Part shown: piece after piece, positions 36,608-40,193 of the stretch
Numbering within the stretch: position 1 is the stretch's first letter
Layout of the letters: each line of letters starts with the position of its first letter
NCBI GenBank assembly: GCA_044507735.1
Contig: JBIQJB010000021.1
Coordinates: 1 to 40,193 of the forward strand
DNA from: Nitrosopumilales archaeon
Lineage (GTDB): Archaea > Thermoproteota > Nitrososphaeria > Nitrososphaerales > Nitrososphaeraceae
Length of the DNA: 40,193 bases
Reading direction: 5' to 3'
The notes under the pieces: generated by a model
What the model saw: the letters and a program-made list of their open reading frames with translations, nothing else
Database searches by the model: none
What the model was told of the DNA's origin: nothing
Translations under genes and position numbers: made by a program

Positions 36608-38071
36608 ATGAATGGAAGGCATGGTCCCCTATCCAGAGTCGAGCATGCCTCATCTAGGAAAATTGTAATCATTTCAGCGATGGCAATAATAGCTGTCATA
36701 ATAGTGGACACACTGGCTACCCGGCAGCTGCTTCCATATGATGTATCATCCGGTGCCACGATATTTGCGCTGAACATAATCATTGCTTATGGAATTGGCT
36801 CGTACATTATCATGAGATATGTTGGTAGGGTGAGTCGTGACGTCAGGAGGGGCTCCGCGTTCCTTGACGCTATTTTCAAAATAGTGGTAATAGTCCAGAT
36901 TGCACTCCTGACGATTTTGGCTGTGATGTTTGTGGAATTCTATTATTACAATATCAGTGTCAGATATCTGACATACTCCGTCTTTGCCATCAGCACCATA
37001 GCAGCCACAGTCATAATGGGCATGGCCAGCTTCAAGTTCTTCTCTTGGTATAGATTGTCCGGCCATAGCAAGGGTCAGCGCAGGAACCGACTGATTCTTG
37101 TTTGTGGGCTTGCAGCGATGTCGATTGCGACTGCAATGATATTTGATGCGACTGCAAAGCTAGGTCTGGTAAGGGCCGTGGAAGAGGAGTCTCCACCCGG
37201 CACAGTCCTGCAAGAATCCTTCATCTACAGAACCGATGAAAGGTACCAGGGAGAGGTTCAATACAAGGTGGCCACCCCGGATACCACGACACTCTACATA
37301 GTGCCATCGTCTATCAGACTGCTTTACCATTATGTGAATGGCTGGATTCCTATAACTGTCTCATTTGGATTTACGTGGGCCATCACGGGTATACTCTTGC
37401 GTCAATATCACCAGAAAAAGGGCGGGCTACCAATATTGTCCATAGCGTTGATCGTACTTCCGCTGGTGCTCTACATGGTAGGCAGGACGGTCGATCTATA
37501 TACCGCGGTAACTGGCAGGATATGGCACTGGGAGGACTTTGCAAACCCGTTCCTCCTCAAGAGCATCTTCAGGGCTGGCGTGATTGGCGGGAGCATCATG
37601 TTTGGCGTTGCGTTTTTTGTAATTGCAAGGGCCGCGGCTTCAGATAACATGATCAAGGATTTTCTGATAATTGCCGCAATAGGCGCCGCAATGATAGGGC
37701 TCACGCTCTCTCCTTCTGCACAACAGCAAACCTTCGGGGTGGCCGGCCGGTCCCTCATGATGTTTGCTTCATTCATGCTAGTCTTTGGATTCTACCTCGC
37801 AGCGGTGACAATCTCCCAAGATAGAAGCCTCAGGCGATCGATCAAGGCAGTAACAGGATCCCAGGTGATAAGCAGTATCGCAGCAGCTCAGCTTGAATAT
37901 GAAGTTGAAAAAAACGTCCTAAATGTCATAAAGAAGGAGAGGAGCTTGATAGAGAAGCAGACCGGTGTACAGCCGCCACTGGAAGAAGACATCAAACTGT
38001 ACATGAATAAGGTCGTACAAGAGCTAAAGCAGCGCGAAGGTGGAAGGATGAGCGATAATGCAGCAGCTTAG
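36608..38071 (+). CDS. Large multi-pass membrane protein with cytoplasmic helical C-terminus
   Basis: About ten hydrophobic segments and one ~55-aa hydrophilic loop. The C-terminus reads SQDRSLRRSI...EKQTGVQPPLEEDIKLYMNKVVQEL. Confidence 0.85.
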   Translation: MNGRHGPLSRVEHASSRKIVIISAMAIIAVIIVDTLATRQLLPYDVSSGATIFALNIIIAYGIGSYIIMRYVGRVSRDVRRGSAFLDAIFKIVVIVQIALLTILAVMFVEFYYYNISVRYLTYSVFAISTIAATVIMGMASFKFFSWYRLSGHSKGQRRNRLILVCGLAAMSIATAMIFDATAKLGLVRAVEEESPPGTVLQESFIYRTDERYQGEVQYKVATPDTTTLYIVPSSIRLLYHYVNGWIPITVSFGFTWAITGILLRQYHQKKGGLPILSIALIVLPLVLYMVGRTVDLYTAVTGRIWHWEDFANPFLLKSIFRAGVIGGSIMFGVAFFVIARAAASDNMIKDFLIIAAIGAAMIGLTLSPSAQQQTFGVAGRSLMMFASFMLVFGFYLAAVTISQDRSLRRSIKAVTGSQVISSIAAAQLEYEVEKNVLNVIKKERSLIEKQTGVQPPLEEDIKLYMNKVVQELKQREGGRMSDNAAA

Positions 38072-38214
38072 CGCCAGTGAACAGCAAGGGAATACACATT
38101 TTGGCGATCAAGGACGCCACTATTATTATTGCCGTTGTCGCTGCTGATGCATTTCTTGCTATCCTCCTCTCACACTCCCTCGCCACTATTTCTGCAGCTG
38201 TGTTACTGCTACTG

Positions 38215-38652
38215 CTACAACATCAGCCAAATGATTCCCCACAAGATCTTCATGGAGAGCAGGCCGGTTCGTGCTTCCTCTGCAAGCTTTTCCTTCAGCG
38301 CCATGCGCACGTGTGACGGCAGCCGGCTTTTCCTGCGTGCCAAGATCTTTCTCTTCGCTGGCTTGTCATAGACGATGTTGTTCTTTTTTCCCATTGTATT
38401 TGACCCGGAAGCAAGGAGTATCGCTCTTGCCTGTCCAAGCATCCTGTAGAACCTCTGGTCCCGCGTAATGAGCACCTCGTCTGCATACATCATCATGGCG
38501 ATCTCATGGTCCTTCAGTGCGGAGTTGATGTCTGCCACATGCCTTACCATCAGTCCAGCGTTTCGCAGACCATTGGCCAAGTCCCTTGATACGCAGGCGT
38601 CTATGATCACTCTCCTGCCGTTGATCCTCTCAAGCAGGTTCGAATCTATCAT
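38215..38652 (-). CDS. PIN-like domain protein (DUF5615/Mut7-C-like)
   Basis: Acidic PIN-type motif set: VIIDACV, LRNAG...HV, DHEI and VLITRDQRF. Confidence 0.75.
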   Translation of the reverse strand: MIDSNLLERINGRRVIIDACVSRDLANGLRNAGLMVRHVADINSALKDHEIAMMMYADEVLITRDQRFYRMLGQARAILLASGSNTMGKKNNIVYDKPAKRKILARRKSRLPSHVRMALKEKLAEEARTGLLSMKILWGIIWLML

Positions 38653-38752
38653 CAGCTATTCCCATAGTGCATGAACATACTTAAGTGAGCTATTGCAATT
38701 CTTGGGCAGAAGAACATTCAAAAAAGATTATTACTATTCAGACAGCTGACAA

Positions 38753-39391
38753 TTGTCAGTGGAAGTACTTGGGGAGCTACTGCAAGACCACCCATATCTC
38801 TGGGTCTTGCTGATAATATTTGGGCTAAGTGCTGCGCCCATACTCACGCCTCCAACTTGGATGGTGATAGCGTCGGCACATGCACTTAGTGGCAGTTCCC
38901 TCGATCCATTCTTGCTCTCTTCTATAGGAGCTACTGCTGCCACTGGCGGTCGGCTGCTGCTCATGAAATACAGCTCCATCGGGCGCAGAAAGCTGGACGA
39001 AAAGAGAAAATCCAGCCTAGAGAGGCTGCAAAAATATTTGCAGAAAAGACGCTTTGGGTATTTTGCCGGCACCTTCATTTTCGCATTAACCCCCCTTCCA
39101 AGTAACATGCTCTTCATATCATATGGTCTAATGAGCGCACACTCCATGGGCATAATCTTGGGATTCTGGACTGGCAGGTTCATAGTATATCTGACAATGA
39201 TACATGTATCTGGCTATGTGTTTCAGCCACTGTCTCAGATTCTCGGAGACAACCTTACCGCAGTGATAATCACGGATATAATCGGAGTCTGCATGACTGC
39301 TGCCATATTATTGGTTGATTGGGATAGGGCGATAACCGAGCACAAAATTGCGATCATAAGGCCAAGATTCCTCCAGCGCGCTGGCTCATGA
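38753..39391 (+). CDS. DedA/VTT (SNARE-associated)-like membrane protein
   Basis: APILTPPTW re-entrant motif, GATAATGG, FALTPLPSN...GL and FWTGRFIVY motifs. Confidence 0.75.
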   Translation: MSVEVLGELLQDHPYLWVLLIIFGLSAAPILTPPTWMVIASAHALSGSSLDPFLLSSIGATAATGGRLLLMKYSSIGRRKLDEKRKSSLERLQKYLQKRRFGYFAGTFIFALTPLPSNMLFISYGLMSAHSMGIILGFWTGRFIVYLTMIHVSGYVFQPLSQILGDNLTAVIITDIIGVCMTAAILLVDWDRAITEHKIAIIRPRFLQRAGS

Positions 39392-39797
39392 TATATATTA
39401 TTTCAAGGCAAGAAGACGAAAACGCAGAAAAAGATGCAGGAGTGGCATATATGCATCGTGTTACATGCCACTATTATTGCTAGTCGGCCGCATGAGCTAT
39501 CATTGTTTTTGAGCCGCTGCTGATGCGTCTAGCCCTGTATACTCCGCAGATCGCGGCCAGAAAAATGAGGGCCCCTGCGGTCGCAATTGCCGTCACCAAG
39601 CCTACTTCTGCCATACCTCAGGGCTAAAAAATCTGCAAATGTTAATTAACATTTTTAACATAAACTTTCAAAATTATGATAGACTCACAGCTTTTCGACT
39701 GTGTTCGTCAACGGACTCAAAAGACTCTTCGAGTTACATCAATAGCCAATGTCCAAGGGCGACTACTTACCCTGTCAATGTGTGTATGTTTTTCCCT

Positions 39798-39941
39798 CTA
39801 TTGTTTGCTGCCCACCGACGGCACAGCGTCTTGATGCATCCTACGCCGGTGCTCCTCCATCGTTTCCAGTTCTTTGAACTTTTCGTTACAGATATCGCAC
39901 TGGAAGGATTTCGCACGGCGTATGCTAAAGAATCCCCGCAC
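39798..39941 (-). CDS. C2H2 zinc-finger microprotein (47 aa, not in the ORF track)
   Basis: GTG 39941 to TAG gives MRGFFSIRRAKSFQCDICNEKFKELETMEEHRRRMHQDAVPSVGSKQ, matching F-x-C-x2-C-x3-F-x5-M-x2-H-x4-H. TTTTTAAAA lies ~25 nt upstream. Confidence 0.8.
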   Translation of the reverse strand: MRGFFSIRRAKSFQCDICNEKFKELETMEEHRRRMHQDAVPSVGSKQ

Positions 39942-40193
39942 ACTTCATAGTAGGCGTACTAGTTTTAAAAAGTTGTGGATAAAGGAGCGTTATTCTATTC
40001 GTATATTGGCTTACCATCAGACGTGTATTTTTTGACTCGCCTGCCGGTTGCAGATGATGGCTGTTGACGACCCGATTCTTCTTGCTGTGGCCCGGCGTCC
40101 TTCTGAGTCTCGGCCTTTTTTCTGAATCTGTCCAAAAATCCCATTGCCTATCTTTAGACACGTGTCGTATTTAACTATGTGTTAGGTGTGTCG

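Noticed and set aside
38077-38371. + strand hydrophobic ORFs after the large membrane protein
   Set aside because: They overlap the PIN-like gene in antisense and derive from low-complexity GCT/ACT repeats.
39925-40161. 78-aa minus-strand ORF, and GAATCCCCGC resembling an IS200/IS605 end
   Set aside because: The ORF runs through the zinc-finger promoter and has no motif. The IS-like word lies within the start of the zinc-finger gene, and no tnpA or tnpB is present.
1-40193. CRISPR arrays, rRNA, tRNA, transposases, integrases
   Set aside because: I saw no regularly spaced repeats, cloverleaf structures or recombinase/transposase motifs. This was checked by eye only, so tRNAscan-SE and Infernal would be needed to exclude them.

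Overview
This is a chromosomal segment of an ammonia-oxidising archaeon, most likely Nitrososphaerota/Thaumarchaeota and Nitrososphaera-like. The inference rests on a PEFG-CTERM protein, a DnaJ-ferredoxin fusion, a CdvB/ESCRT-III paralogue, cobalamin methyltransferases, and TATA-like boxes ~25-30 nt ahead of several start codons. Recognisable genes are a Csp3-type copper storage protein, DnaJ-Fer, cbiL, cbiF, a CdvB-like gene, a VOC protein, a MurI-like racemase, uppS, a PstS-like protein, a CNNM/CorC protein, nadE, valS, a Zn-dependent MDR oxidoreductase, an EamA transporter, an SDR, msrA, a MacB/LolD-type ABC pair, a dienelactone hydrolase, a SAM methyltransferase, a membrane-fused spermidine synthase, a glucuronyl C5-epimerase-like protein, a PIN-like protein and a DedA-like protein. 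Many lineage-specific ORFs and probable decayed remnants lie between them. I found no rRNA, tRNA, CRISPR array, transposase or integrase. The most notable observations are: a racemase with both catalytic Cys replaced by Ser, next to uppS; an orphan tandem DtxR/SirR-type operator beside a TATA box and a hairpin (candidate metal-regulated sRNA); an ESCRT-III gene coupled to a tiny two-TM protein; two G-U-containing intergenic RNA hairpins; a PstS and a C5-epimerase that have lost their canonical active-site motifs; and a C2H2 zinc-finger microprotein missed by the ORF track. All family assignments come from motif recognition by eye, not from database searches.
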